Positions 8,124-17,805 of a stretch of DNA of 61,285 bases are shown here, in pieces. How positions within the stretch are numbered: position 1 is the stretch's first letter; each line of letters opens with the position of its first letter. The notes beneath the pieces were generated by a model, which was not told the DNA's origin, did not search any database, and worked only from the letters and a program-made list of their open reading frames with translations. Made by a program: the position numbers and the translations under genes. Location: NCBI GenBank assembly GCA_000433755.1, contig FR891269.1:1-61285 (forward strand), read 5' to 3'. The DNA is from Clostridium sp. CAG:465. Lineage in GTDB: Bacteria > Bacillota > Clostridia > TANB77 > CAG-465.

Positions 8124-9458
8124 CTAAAATCCTGTTTTTGGAAGTTCTATTTTTTCTTTTTCTTCTATTTTGTCATTCTTAAATTCTACACTTGTTGTAC
8201 ATCCAACTTTTAGATCTATTACTTTCTCACTATTTTGTTTATCAATTATATATGGATATGGAACTTCAACTTCTTGTAATTTTACTTTTATATTCTTAAA
8301 TATATCTAAATCTTTTTCAACATCTAAATAAATTTTCCCAGCCTTATCAGTTATATAACTTCCAATAAATTTATTATCCAAATCATATATGTTAAATTTT
8401 ACATTTGGTATAACAATATTTTCATCTTTTGCATCTTTTTTTACAATACTTAAATTAGTTTTTACTTCATTTATACTTCCACTAATAAACGTATTTTTTA
8501 ACTTTATAGGCTCTAAAGAAAGTGACAAATCCTGCATTCCACTAATACTTGATTTTCCAAAAAGAACTGCTCCCTCTTTATACCTACTTTCAATATTTAT
8601 CTTATAATTCAAATTTCCACTATTATCTTTTCTTGGAATTAAAAGTTTTATTTCCTTATTTCCAATTATATTATCTATTTTTTTATTATTTCTATCTACA
8701 ATTAAATAGTTCTTTATTCCATCAACATTTAAATCAATATTTAAAACATTATCACCATATTTTAATTTGTACATTTTTGAATAATAACTTTCATCTAATT
8801 TATCAAGATTATTGTTTTCTGTAATATCTTTATCCTCATTATATAAATTATCTACCTCTTCAATACTTACACCATTTGTATAAATTTCATTATAATTTAT
8901 TCCATTATAATATATGTTTTTTATAGCCTGAACTACTTTTAAGTACTGATCTTCCATTGGAACAATTTGATTTATATCTAGATTATTCAATTTAATCCAA
9001 ACAGCAAACTGAGTTGCATACCTTGCCTGGCTTTCATTATCAACACCAAGTTCATTTACGGTTTTATATGGATATCCATTTAAAACTATACTATTTACGA
9101 CATTATCATCTATAAATTTTTCAGCGTCAACATCATATCCCCCATCTATAGTTTCTGCTCCTCCAAGGCCCAAATTCATACAGTATGCAGGTAATATTTT
9201 GGATTCGTTATTTATGTAATAATATTCGTGTATTCTTTGAGGAAGATTTTTATATTTTATATACCTAAAAGATTCATTATATGAATATACATGGTATCTA
9301 CCAAAATCATTTGTATTATTTGCTGATGCTTTATTATATGAAATATTAAAAACAATCATCATTAAGGTTAGTACAATTATAAACTTTCCCTTATTTTTTA
9401 CTTGTTTACCACTATTATTTTTATTTTTTATCTTACTTACAATACATATTTTTTGCAT
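8124..9458 (-). CDS. Secreted TED + CnaB-domain protein ending ...ELPKTGF-stop, a sorting motif with no membrane anchor
   Basis: It has a signal anchor. The TED signatures are YCMNLG (Cys codon 9180..9182) and TQFAVW (Gln codon 9009..9011). One CnaB-type domain is present (VKFNIYDLDNKFIGSYITDKAGKIYL...EVEVPYPYII). LPKTG is followed by a single residue and then TAG. Confidence 0.8.
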   Translation of the reverse strand: MQKICIVSKIKNKNNSGKQVKNKGKFIIVLTLMMIVFNISYNKASANNTNDFGRYHVYSYNESFRYIKYKNLPQRIHEYYYINNESKILPAYCMNLGLGGAETIDGGYDVDAEKFIDDNVVNSIVLNGYPYKTVNELGVDNESQARYATQFAVWIKLNNLDINQIVPMEDQYLKVVQAIKNIYYNGINYNEIYTNGVSIEEVDNLYNEDKDITENNNLDKLDESYYSKMYKLKYGDNVLNIDLNVDGIKNYLIVDRNNKKIDNIIGNKEIKLLIPRKDNSGNLNYKINIESRYKEGAVLFGKSSISGMQDLSLSLEPIKLKNTFISGSINEVKTNLSIVKKDAKDENIVIPNVKFNIYDLDNKFIGSYITDKAGKIYLDVEKDLDIFKNIKVKLQEVEVPYPYIIDKQNSEKVIDLKVGCTTSVEFKNDKIEEKEKIELPKTGF

Positions 9459-9467
9459 TTTTCCTCC

Positions 9468-10073
9468 TTACTCTACTGCTTGTACAACTAACCTTTTGGA
9501 AGGTTCGTTATCTATGCATGTTATTAAAGTTATTCGGTTATCATTTGTTTGATTTAAGTAGCTCCAATCATAGCTATCTATTTCTACTTTTTTGTCAACT
9601 TTATATTTTCTTATATTGTCTCCTATTTTATATATAATCTCATCTCCTATTTTAATGTCATGTAACTTACTAAAATAGTTTTTATTATATCCTCTATTAT
9701 GAGCTGCAAGTCCAACGTTTCCATCTAAATTGCTTGTAGTTGGAAAATGTCCAATATACTCATTTAACACCCCCTGTTCTATTCCCTCTTTAATTGGTGC
9801 ATCATTTAAAAAAATAGCAGGAATAGTAATAGAAGAATTGGAAATTACTTTATCTTTTTTATCTTCTGTTTTAGATATTATTTCTTCTTTACCTTTTTCA
9901 TTTATTACATCTACATTTATACCTGGATTTTGAATTTTAGATTTAAATTTGTTATTTACAAATAATAAAGATATAAAAATTATAAAAAGAATTAGCACTA
10001 TTAGAAATAAAAAAAATTTACCACTTTTAAATTTATACTTTGATCTCAAAAAAACCTCCTTTGAAAAAAACAT
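9468..10073 (-). CDS. Sortase family transpeptidase; class not assignable by eye
   Basis: It has an N-terminal TM anchor. The catalytic His context is GLAAHNRG and the Cys context is ITLITC, followed by a conserved Arg (SKRLVV). Confidence 0.85.
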   Translation of the reverse strand: MFFSKEVFLRSKYKFKSGKFFLFLIVLILFIIFISLLFVNNKFKSKIQNPGINVDVINEKGKEEIISKTEDKKDKVISNSSITIPAIFLNDAPIKEGIEQGVLNEYIGHFPTTSNLDGNVGLAAHNRGYNKNYFSKLHDIKIGDEIIYKIGDNIRKYKVDKKVEIDSYDWSYLNQTNDNRITLITCIDNEPSKRLVVQAVE

Positions 10074-10329
10074 TTGAAAGAAATTAAAAAAAAAACACAG
10101 TTACATTATATGTTTGTATTTGCCTATTGTCAAGAAGTTTTCATCGCATTTTTTGACAACAAAAATATATTACGCAAATATTTCAAACATATTTCGCAAA
10201 AAGTAAAGTTTTTTAAAAATGCAAAATGAATTTTATAATATTATTTTATCGAAACTATTCAAAAATATTCTGAACAGGGCCAATATTCATTTCATTTTGT
10301 AATTTTGAATTAGGGCATAATTTTTCTAT

Positions 10330-10622
10330 TTATTTAAATGTTTTCCAAAGCCAAACTGCATTTGTTGAAAAAGGCATAATAACTTTTCCTGATAAATCAT
10401 ATTTTTTGAACAAAGCTCTTACAACTGGTGCTGGACGATACCACCAAGTAAGTGTACCTATTATAATTTTACCATACTTACTTAAATTAACTTCTAGTTT
10501 TTGTATTTCAAGAATTATATTACTCGCTTCACTATTTTGCTTATCATCTACTACCTCCTGATAATTAGTTAATATGGCTTAATAGGTTTTAATTCAACTA
10601 TATCACAATTTATTTTTTCCAT
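10330..10622 (-). pseudogene. Flavodoxin-family gene relic, frameshifted and truncated
   Basis: On the minus strand, MEKINCDIVELKPIKPY* is followed in another frame by ..NLSKYGKIIIGTLTWWYRPAPVVRALFKKYDLSGKVIMPFSTNAVW... The (G)TxTWW..P.pV..fl...dlsGK.i.pF.T pattern is typical of short flavodoxin-like proteins. There is no intact start, and stops interrupt the frame. Confidence 0.5.
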
Positions 10623-10775
10623 ATTCTATATTATACAACTTAGAGTATACTCCAATTCAAGTGATTTTATTAATACTTATAGATTTTTAATTTTAAATCA
10701 TATATATACAATAAAAAAGATATTACCCATTCTAATGATAATACCTTTTTTTATAGCTAATTAACTATATTAATT

Positions 10776-11471
10776 TTATTCTTGCCATTTAACATATTTT
10801 TTTAATTTATTTTGAACCTTTGTCTCAATTCTTGAAACATAAGACCTTGATATTCCAAGTTCATCTGCTATTTGTTGTTGAGTTTTTTGAATATGCCCAT
10901 TTAATCCATATCTTGAACACATAATATATTTCTCTCTTTTTGTTAATTTACTATTTATAAATTTTATTACTTGCTCACTCATAATTTTATTATATATTGT
11001 ATCAATAGCATCTTTACTCTCGGAGTCTAGTGTATCTACAAGTTCCATATCATTTCCATCTTTATCTGTACCTATAATTGTATTCATAGAAACTTCAGAC
11101 TTTATCTTTTTAGTTGCTCTAATATGCATCAATATTTCATTTTCCACACATTTAGATGCATATGTACTAATTTTAAAGCCTTTCTCTGCACTAAAGCTAT
11201 CAATTGCTTTTATAAGTCCAACAATACCAATTGAAATTAAATCTTCTAGTTCCTGCTCTGAGTTAGAATATCTTTTTGCAATATGGGCAACCAATCGTAA
11301 GTTATGCTCTATTAACTTATCTCTTGCATTTTTATCTCCTGCAAAATACTTTCTTAAATAAAATTCTTCCTCTGTTTTACTAAGAGGTTCTGGAAACAAA
11401 TTATTGCTAGATATATATCCAAAAAGGAAGAATACGTGTGATAGTAAATTACTTAAAAAATTTAAAAGCAT
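10776..11471 (-). CDS. sigK: Sporulation sigma factor SigK (pro-sigma-K), uninterrupted
   Basis: The pro-sequence and region 1 read ...YISSNNLFPEPLSKTEEEFYL. Other matches are LIEHNLRLVAHI, CVENEILMHIRA and ISRSYVSRIE. These fit SigK better than SigE. Confidence 0.85.
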   Translation of the reverse strand: MLLNFLSNLLSHVFFLFGYISSNNLFPEPLSKTEEEFYLRKYFAGDKNARDKLIEHNLRLVAHIAKRYSNSEQELEDLISIGIVGLIKAIDSFSAEKGFKISTYASKCVENEILMHIRATKKIKSEVSMNTIIGTDKDGNDMELVDTLDSESKDAIDTIYNKIMSEQVIKFINSKLTKREKYIMCSRYGLNGHIQKTQQQIADELGISRSYVSRIETKVQNKLKKYVKWQE

Positions 11472-11544
11472 AAAAATACCTCCTATATTCTTAGTTAATA
11501 TTTATGTAAGTTGAGTATTTTTTTGCATGTCACACTTGTACAAA

Positions 11545-11578
11545 AAAATAAAGTCTTTTACAAAAAAGACTTTATTTA
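11545..11578 (-). terminator. Intrinsic terminator between the 302-aa gene and sigK
   Basis: The stem is AAATAAAGTCTTTT/AAAAGACTTTATTT, followed by a T-run on the minus strand. Confidence 0.6.
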
Positions 11579-12484
11579 AATATATTTATCATCTATTTTC
11601 TTTTTATTATTAATTTGCTTACATTTAATGTCGCCTTCATCAAATTTACCATAAGATACTTCATTATTTGTTAATTTGCACAAGTCATCTTTAAAATCAT
11701 TTTTAATATCTTCTTGTGTTTGAGGTTCCACTAATCTTTTCATATTCCTATTCTTAAAAAAGGTAAATTTTTCTTTTAGTTTATCAATAACAGTCTTTTT
11801 TTCAATATCAAACTGCTTTATCCATTCTTTTGATTTAGTATTTCTTTCTCTTTCTTTTTTCAAAATATCAACAACTTTTTCAGATGGTTTATATTTAATT
11901 ATTTTTTTCCCACTTTCATCGTTTTCAATTTTATATCCATGTTTATTAATATCAAAATTTTCTAATACTAAATTATCATTTTCATCTATATTTATAACTA
12001 TTTTGCTCTTAAAAGCTCCTTCTTGAAGTAATTTTTTCTCAGCGTCTATATAGTCAATTCTATTTTCTGGTAAATAAAATTTTCCATCCTTTACTATAAC
12101 ATCATCATTCAAATTTCTTACTTTAAGTTTTTTTATACACTCTTCATTTGGTTTCATATATACTGCATTAAACTCATATATTTCATTTAAAAAAGGATTT
12201 TTTTCAAGTGATATATTTTTTCTGAATATATCTATTGAAGGTAAACCACAAAACATATATGCTTTTGGCCTTGTTAAATGCGAATTATATACTCCACTGG
12301 GCTTTATATATCCAGATGAAAAAATTTTATCAGAATTTTCTTCAGAAGTGAAGTGATATAAGCCGTTTTCTTTTATATTCTCTATAACTTTTTCATCTCT
12401 AACTTTTTTATGTTTCATTTTTGAAAATTCAATTGGTAAAGCCATAGCCGTAGTACTTATTACTCCTAATAAACCTCTTCCCAT
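11576..12484 (-). CDS. Hypothetical protein of 302 aa; no family recognised
   Basis: The SD GGGAGG lies 5 nt upstream of the ATG, which directly abuts the DUF3006 stop. It contains GLYHFTSEENSDKIFSSGYIKPSG and a Lys/Glu-rich C-terminal half. Confidence 0.6.
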   Translation of the reverse strand: MGRGLLGVISTTAMALPIEFSKMKHKKVRDEKVIENIKENGLYHFTSEENSDKIFSSGYIKPSGVYNSHLTRPKAYMFCGLPSIDIFRKNISLEKNPFLNEIYEFNAVYMKPNEECIKKLKVRNLNDDVIVKDGKFYLPENRIDYIDAEKKLLQEGAFKSKIVINIDENDNLVLENFDINKHGYKIENDESGKKIIKYKPSEKVVDILKKERERNTKSKEWIKQFDIEKKTVIDKLKEKFTFFKNRNMKRLVEPQTQEDIKNDFKDDLCKLTNNEVSYGKFDEGDIKCKQINNKKKIDDKYI

Positions 12485-12697
12485 CTATTCCTCCCATAAA
12501 TCTTTCGTTAGTTCTTCAATATGTTTTTTTCTATTTATAGTTTCCTTTTTATCAATAATGTACTTTCCTTTAATATTTAAAAGGATGTCTCCCTCTTTAA
12601 CACATCCTTCTATTTGATTTTTTTTTATATTAAACATTTTTTTATTTTCATCTTCACATACTACATATTCATCTTCAAATCTATCTACAATTAACAT
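12485..12697 (-). CDS. DUF3006-like small protein
   Basis: The 70-aa sequence starts MLIVDRFEDEYVVCEDE... and includes ..EGDIL... It matches the DUF3006 pattern and has that family's usual position next to a ComEC-type MBL hydrolase. Confidence 0.65.
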   Translation of the reverse strand: MLIVDRFEDEYVVCEDENKKMFNIKKNQIEGCVKEGDILLNIKGKYIIDKKETINRKKHIEELTKDLWEE

Positions 12698-12706
12698 ATT
12701 TTACCT

Positions 12707-13657
12707 CTACTTCATATAATTATAACTTGCAGGCTCCTTATCAAAAGAAATGTTATCTCCGTCACTCTCAACAGTAATTGTTCCCTGTTCATCAGTTCTA
12801 TATACTTTAATGTTATATTTTTTTAATCTATCCATTACAGCTTTTTTAGGATGATTATATGAGTTATTTTTACCAACACATATCACAGCATAATTTGGAT
12901 TTACTTTTTTTATAAAAGAATCTGAAGTTGATGTTGAAGAGCCATGATGACCTATTTTTATTAAATCACTTTTTACATCATATCCTTTTTGTAAGATTTC
13001 ATCTTCAGAAATTTTTTCAGCGTCACCCATAAAAAGAAATGCTTTATTCTTATACTTTAATTTTATTACAATTGAATAATTATTTGCACTATCATAACTT
13101 TGTGAATTTGGAGCCAAAACTTCAAAACTAGAATTAGCAAATTCAAATGTTTCTCCACTTTTTGGTGCATACAGCTTTTTATTTTTTGTTTTTACAGCAT
13201 TTGCAAAATCTTCAAAAGTTTTTGTTGTTGCAGTTACCTTAGGAAATAGTATCTTTTCTTCATCGAAATTTTTAATAACATCATCCATTCCACCAATATG
13301 ATCTTCGTGAGCATGTGTTCCTATGACATAGTCAAGTTTTGTTACTCCCTTTTGTTTTAAATAATTTACAACTAAATCTCCATCATCATTATTTCCAGCA
13401 TCAATTAACATGAATTTTCCATTTTCTTCTATTAAAATTGAATCAGCCTGCCCTACATCAATAAAATAAATTTTTAAATTTCCTGAGTCATTTGTAACAT
13501 TAGTATTTACAAGAGCATTACTAGATTCTGTTATATTTGTTGAATTACCATCTAAGTTTTCATTATTTTTTATTATTTCATTTCCACCAAAAAGTACTAC
13601 AACAAGGCATACTATTATGCCTGCTATATATTTAATCTTCCTCTTCATTATTTCCAC
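12707..13657 (-). CDS. Membrane-anchored or secreted MBL-fold metallo-hydrolase, related to the ComEC/Rec2 C-terminal domain
   Basis: It has an N-terminal signal anchor. The motifs DVGQADSILI, GTHAHEDHIGG and IGHHGS are present. Confidence 0.85.
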   Translation of the reverse strand: MEIMKRKIKYIAGIIVCLVVVLFGGNEIIKNNENLDGNSTNITESSNALVNTNVTNDSGNLKIYFIDVGQADSILIEENGKFMLIDAGNNDDGDLVVNYLKQKGVTKLDYVIGTHAHEDHIGGMDDVIKNFDEEKILFPKVTATTKTFEDFANAVKTKNKKLYAPKSGETFEFANSSFEVLAPNSQSYDSANNYSIVIKLKYKNKAFLFMGDAEKISEDEILQKGYDVKSDLIKIGHHGSSTSTSDSFIKKVNPNYAVICVGKNNSYNHPKKAVMDRLKKYNIKVYRTDEQGTITVESDGDNISFDKEPASYNYMK

Positions 13658-14606
13658 CTAACATACTTTTTATTTTAAATATTAAACTTCTAAGTTTATC
13701 AGAAAATCCATTATTTTTCTTTTTTATTATCATCTGGTTTTGTACTCTGCGATTTCCAAATAATACTGGAACTGGTTCAACTTCATAATTTGTATCTACT
13801 TTATTATTATAATTATAATCAAAGCTAATAGACTTATTTTCTATATACTCATCATTATCTTCTTCAATTTCTTCTATTGTTTCATATGCTCTTGTTCTAT
13901 TTCTTCTTGAGACATTTTGTTCTGGAAATTTAATTACGTTTTTATTTAATTCTTTTGCCTCTTTAATCAATTTATCTATTCTTTCAATTGCATCATCTGC
14001 TGACATTGCATTTTGAACTTCTTTTTCATTTTCTTCTTTATTATCATCGTTATTTTTTTCCTCTATTGTATTTTCTTCTTCAGTACTTTCATTTTGAGCG
14101 TCATCAGGTTTACTATCTTCAATTTCTACGTTCATATTTTCAATAACCCTGTCAATATTTTCTAAATCTTCTTCTGTTATATTAACGTTATCTACTGATA
14201 CTGTTTCATCATCTGTTTTTACATTTTCTACTTTCTCATTATCTAACGTCTCAATTTCAGTTAAAGTAAATCCTTGACTATTATCCTCATTATCTTTTTC
14301 CACATTGCCTTCAGAATTTTCAGTTACATCTAATTTTTCTTCTACATTATTTTCTTCACTTAGTATATTACTGCTCTCTTTATATATACAATCATATTTT
14401 GTATTTTCTATATCTTCTATAACCTTTGAAACACTTTTTAATTTTTCTCTTAACTCATCAATTTTGCTAAAATTTTCTTCTCTTTTTTCTTTAGTCATTT
14501 CATCAGTTGTAAAGCTTTTACTTACTTCAAGAAGCATACTTAATATTTCACGTTCATATATTTTAGCTTCTTCTTTTAATCCATTCAAATCATTTTTCAT
14601 TTCCAT
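13632..14606 (-). CDS. Highly acidic low-complexity protein of 324 aa with a basic, amphipathic C-terminus
   Basis: The long ORF overlaps the MBL gene start by 26 nt. The centre is Glu/Asp/Asn-rich. The C-terminus reads ..NGFSDKLRSLIFKIKSML. Confidence 0.5.
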   Translation of the reverse strand: MEMKNDLNGLKEEAKIYEREILSMLLEVSKSFTTDEMTKEKREENFSKIDELREKLKSVSKVIEDIENTKYDCIYKESSNILSEENNVEEKLDVTENSEGNVEKDNEDNSQGFTLTEIETLDNEKVENVKTDDETVSVDNVNITEEDLENIDRVIENMNVEIEDSKPDDAQNESTEEENTIEEKNNDDNKEENEKEVQNAMSADDAIERIDKLIKEAKELNKNVIKFPEQNVSRRNRTRAYETIEEIEEDNDEYIENKSISFDYNYNNKVDTNYEVEPVPVLFGNRRVQNQMIIKKKNNGFSDKLRSLIFKIKSMLGGNNEEED

Positions 14607-14698
14607 AACACTCTAACCTCACTATTTTTTTGATTATACCATATACAGAAAAATTTTTCCATACATTAATTCTAAAAATTAATGTATTTAGATTTTTA

Positions 14699-14727
14699 TT
14701 GACAATGTTATAAAAAAAATATATACT
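14699..14727 (+). promoter_or_regulatory. Sigma-A-type promoter for the pentapeptide-repeat gene
   Basis: The sequence is TTGACA-17 nt-TATACT. It lies so close to the track start at 14729 that the real start is probably the ATG at 14744. Confidence 0.5.
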
Positions 14728-14728
14728 T

Positions 14729-15370
14729 TTGATGGTGAATGAAATGAAAGAAATTAACATAGAAAATCTTAAAGATTTAAAGAATATCGAGGAGTATTTA
14801 AATTCAAATTATATAATAAATAGTATGAATATAAAGGAACAAAATTTATTTAATTATAATGCAGATGAATTAGAATTTTCATATTCATATTTTTATAATT
14901 CAAATATATTAAATTGTAATCTTGAAAAATTATATATTAATAATTGTATATTTAAAAATTGTAACTTATCAAACTCCATTTTGCAGAAATCCACATTAAA
15001 AAATGTAATTTTTGAAAATTGCAACTTAGTTGGTGTAAATCTTTCTAATAGTTCATTAAATAACGTTAACATTGATAATTCTAAAGCAAATAGTATAATT
15101 TTTGAAGATAGTAGAATAAATAATTTTAATGTTAATTCATCATTATTTAATATTTCTTCTTTTACGAATTGCAAATTTAAAAATATTAATTTTAACAAAG
15201 TGGAATTTACTGGTACAAATTTTACAAACTCTTCTCTAAACGGAATTGATTTTTCTTCTTGTAATATAGATTCAATAACAGTTATGCCAAATGACTTATA
15301 TGGAGTAACATTCAATAATTTTCAAGCTTTAGAGTATGTTAAATTACTTGGCATAAACATATCTGATTAA
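14729..15370 (+). CDS. Pentapeptide-repeat protein
   Basis: The sequence shows runs of A(D/N)LxX-type pentapeptides (NCNLSNSILQKSTLKNVIFENCNLVGVNLSNSSLNNVNIDNS...). The start is uncertain between 14729 and 14744. Confidence 0.8.
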   Translation: MMVNEMKEINIENLKDLKNIEEYLNSNYIINSMNIKEQNLFNYNADELEFSYSYFYNSNILNCNLEKLYINNCIFKNCNLSNSILQKSTLKNVIFENCNLVGVNLSNSSLNNVNIDNSKANSIIFEDSRINNFNVNSSLFNISSFTNCKFKNINFNKVEFTGTNFTNSSLNGIDFSSCNIDSITVMPNDLYGVTFNNFQALEYVKLLGINISD

Positions 15371-15420
15371 TTATTAAGAAATAAAGCCCAGATCATTTTA
15401 ATCTGAGCTTTATCTAATTA

Positions 15421-15783
15421 TTATATAGAACCTGAAATAATTTCTTGAAAGGAAGAGAAAATATCAATGTTCATACCATGTACAATGTTAAAAAGAAGTA
15501 ACGCCACGCACCAAGTAGCACATCCAATAATAGTACTTGCCATTATAACATGTGACTTTCTAGGCAAATGAGCTTTATTTATAAAATATAGTATTATTCC
15601 AATTATAGGTACTACAAAAGATATAAAAACTAGTCCTATTCCGCTTTTATCATGTTTTACATAAATTTCTTCAGCTATTTCTTTATCAACATTTAGTCCA
15701 TTCGAATAAACAAGCATTTCTTTACACCTTTCACAATAACTTCCTTTTCCACGAATATATTCACCACAATTTTTACAAAACAT
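15421..15783 (-). CDS. Zinc-ribbon membrane protein
   Basis: The N-terminus carries CKNCG...CERC, followed by two or three TM helices. Confidence 0.6.
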   Translation of the reverse strand: MFCKNCGEYIRGKGSYCERCKEMLVYSNGLNVDKEIAEEIYVKHDKSGIGLVFISFVVPIIGIILYFINKAHLPRKSHVIMASTIIGCATWCVALLLFNIVHGMNIDIFSSFQEIISGSI

Positions 15784-15817
15784 ATTAACAGCCCCTTATA
15801 AATAATTACTTTACTTG

Positions 15818-17074
15818 TTATTTCTTCCTTCTAATTACAATACCAGATTTTAAATTTTCAAACGGAATTTTAATCTTTACTTTTTGTCCTTTCTTTCCTG
15901 GATTTATTGTAGGAATTTCCTGATTTGTATCAACATCATATAATTCCTCTATCTCAAAACTTCCGACATCTAATTTATCTGTATAAAGTACCTCTAATTT
16001 ATCTCCTATACTTAATTTATTTTTTATCTCCACAATATATATGTTATTTTTTTTATCTATTAAATCAATTACTTTTGCTCCATACTCATAGTTCATATTT
16101 TCACTTTTACCATCAAGATCGTGTATATCCTGATTTTTATCATCTGAAAAATAAAATTCTGAAAGTCCTCTTGTTTTTACTTTTTCTAACTCATCTAAAT
16201 ATTTTAAATAACTAAATTCTTTTTCTTTTCCAAGCTCCTTCAATTTGTAATACTCATCAATAGCTTGTCTATATACTCTTACAACTGTAGCAAGATAATA
16301 TTCTGTTTTTAATCTTCCCTCGATTTTTAAACTTTCTACTCCCATATCTATAATAGTTGGAATTTGTTTAATTAAGCACATATCTTTTGATGAAAATAAA
16401 TAAGTTCCTTTTTCATCATAATCTATATTTATTTTACTATCTGGATTATTTACTTCACTTGCAGTTATATTATACTGCCATCTACATGGTTGTGCACAAT
16501 CTCCTTGATTTGCACAACGATTTGCTAAATATTTGCTTAAATAACATCTACCAGAATATGCATAACATATTGCCCCATGTATAAACATTTCAACATCTAA
16601 ATCATCTGGTTTATTCTCCATTATGTATTTTATTTTATCTTTGCTAAGTTCCCTTGAAATTACAACTCTTTTAGCTCCAAAATTTTTCCAAAATTCAGCT
16701 GCATGTAAACTTACAGTATTTGCTTGTGTACTTACATGTATCTCCATATTAGGCGCTATTTTTTTTATAGTATTTATAACTCCAACATCACTTGCAATTA
16801 TAGCATCTGCCCCTAATTTATCTAGTCTTTTTACTTCGCTTTCAATTTCAGCATAATCTTCATCCATAGCATAAATATTTAAAGCAACATATACTTTTTT
16901 ACCTATACTATGTGCATATATTATTGTGTCAGCTAACGTGTCGCTATTTATTTCTGCTCTGGTTCTAAGTGAAAGTTTAGATGTTCCAGCATATACAGCA
17001 TCAGCTCCATACATAAATGCGATTTTAGCTTTCTCTAAACTTCCAGCAGGCGCTAATAATTCAACCTTTTTCAT
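15818..17074 (-). CDS. Peptidase U32 family protein
   Basis: It reads MKKVELLAPAGSLEKAKIAFMYGADAVYAG..., with a Cys-rich centre (CANQGDCAQPCRW) and E..IEGR. Confidence 0.9.
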   Translation of the reverse strand: MKKVELLAPAGSLEKAKIAFMYGADAVYAGTSKLSLRTRAEINSDTLADTIIYAHSIGKKVYVALNIYAMDEDYAEIESEVKRLDKLGADAIIASDVGVINTIKKIAPNMEIHVSTQANTVSLHAAEFWKNFGAKRVVISRELSKDKIKYIMENKPDDLDVEMFIHGAICYAYSGRCYLSKYLANRCANQGDCAQPCRWQYNITASEVNNPDSKINIDYDEKGTYLFSSKDMCLIKQIPTIIDMGVESLKIEGRLKTEYYLATVVRVYRQAIDEYYKLKELGKEKEFSYLKYLDELEKVKTRGLSEFYFSDDKNQDIHDLDGKSENMNYEYGAKVIDLIDKKNNIYIVEIKNKLSIGDKLEVLYTDKLDVGSFEIEELYDVDTNQEIPTINPGKKGQKVKIKIPFENLKSGIVIRRKK

Positions 17075-17805
17075 AATTTTTTCTCCTCATTTAAATTTAA
17101 TACATTAACTAATTCATTTTCTATATTTTTGCTGTTATATTTTGTTATTACCTTAGAATTATCACAAAAATATTCAATATACTTTATACTATCACTAACA
17201 GGTGTAACTAAATTATCTTTGTCATGAAATATCGTTACATTATTTAATTTTTTCTTACTTTTAAATAAATCTTTTCTTATAGTATCATTAAAAAAATCTA
17301 TAATATTTTCAGTATTTTTCCTATTTTGTTTTTTTAAATCTATTTTATATAAATCATTCAAATCGTATTTTCCAATTTTTATTCTAAAAAGTTCTTTTAA
17401 ATTTATAGCTGGTGTATCAAGAATTATTTTGTTAAAGTCTATTTCGTATTCTTGTATAGCCGCAAGTGTAACATATGCACCTAATCCTGTTGATATTATA
17501 CTTATTTTACTATTTTGATATTTGTCATCCAAAAAGGTATATATAATATTTAATTTATCCATAAATTTTTCTAGATTTAAATATCCTTTTACCTTATGTG
17601 AATGCACAGCCATTTTTTCAAATTCAAAATACACAACTATGTAGTTATTTTCAACCAATTTTGATATAATATTTTTTATAGTGTTACTATATGTTTTAGT
17701 TTTAAAACCAACGCAAAATATTATAACATCAGTTAAATTATCTTTGTTATTAGGCATGTATACTGTATATTCAATACTATTTATACAAATTTTACTCTCT
17801 TCCAT
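17071..17805 (-). CDS. Alpha/beta-hydrolase-like protein with a degenerate nucleophile elbow
   Basis: The length and beta-strand pattern fit the fold. The elbow reads ISTGLGA where GxSxG is expected. It shares 4-nt and 1-nt overlaps with its neighbours. Confidence 0.45.
   Translation of the reverse strand: MEESKICINSIEYTVYMPNNKDNLTDVIIFCVGFKTKTYSNTIKNIISKLVENNYIVVYFEFEKMAVHSHKVKGYLNLEKFMDKLNIIYTFLDDKYQNSKISIISTGLGAYVTLAAIQEYEIDFNKIILDTPAINLKELFRIKIGKYDLNDLYKIDLKKQNRKNTENIIDFFNDTIRKDLFKSKKKLNNVTIFHDKDNLVTPVSDSIKYIEYFCDNSKVITKYNSKNIENELVNVLNLNEEKKL

Noticed and set aside
10776-11471. I checked whether sigK is interrupted by a skin-like element.
   Set aside because: The ORF is continuous from the pro-sequence to region 4.2, and no recombinase gene is nearby.
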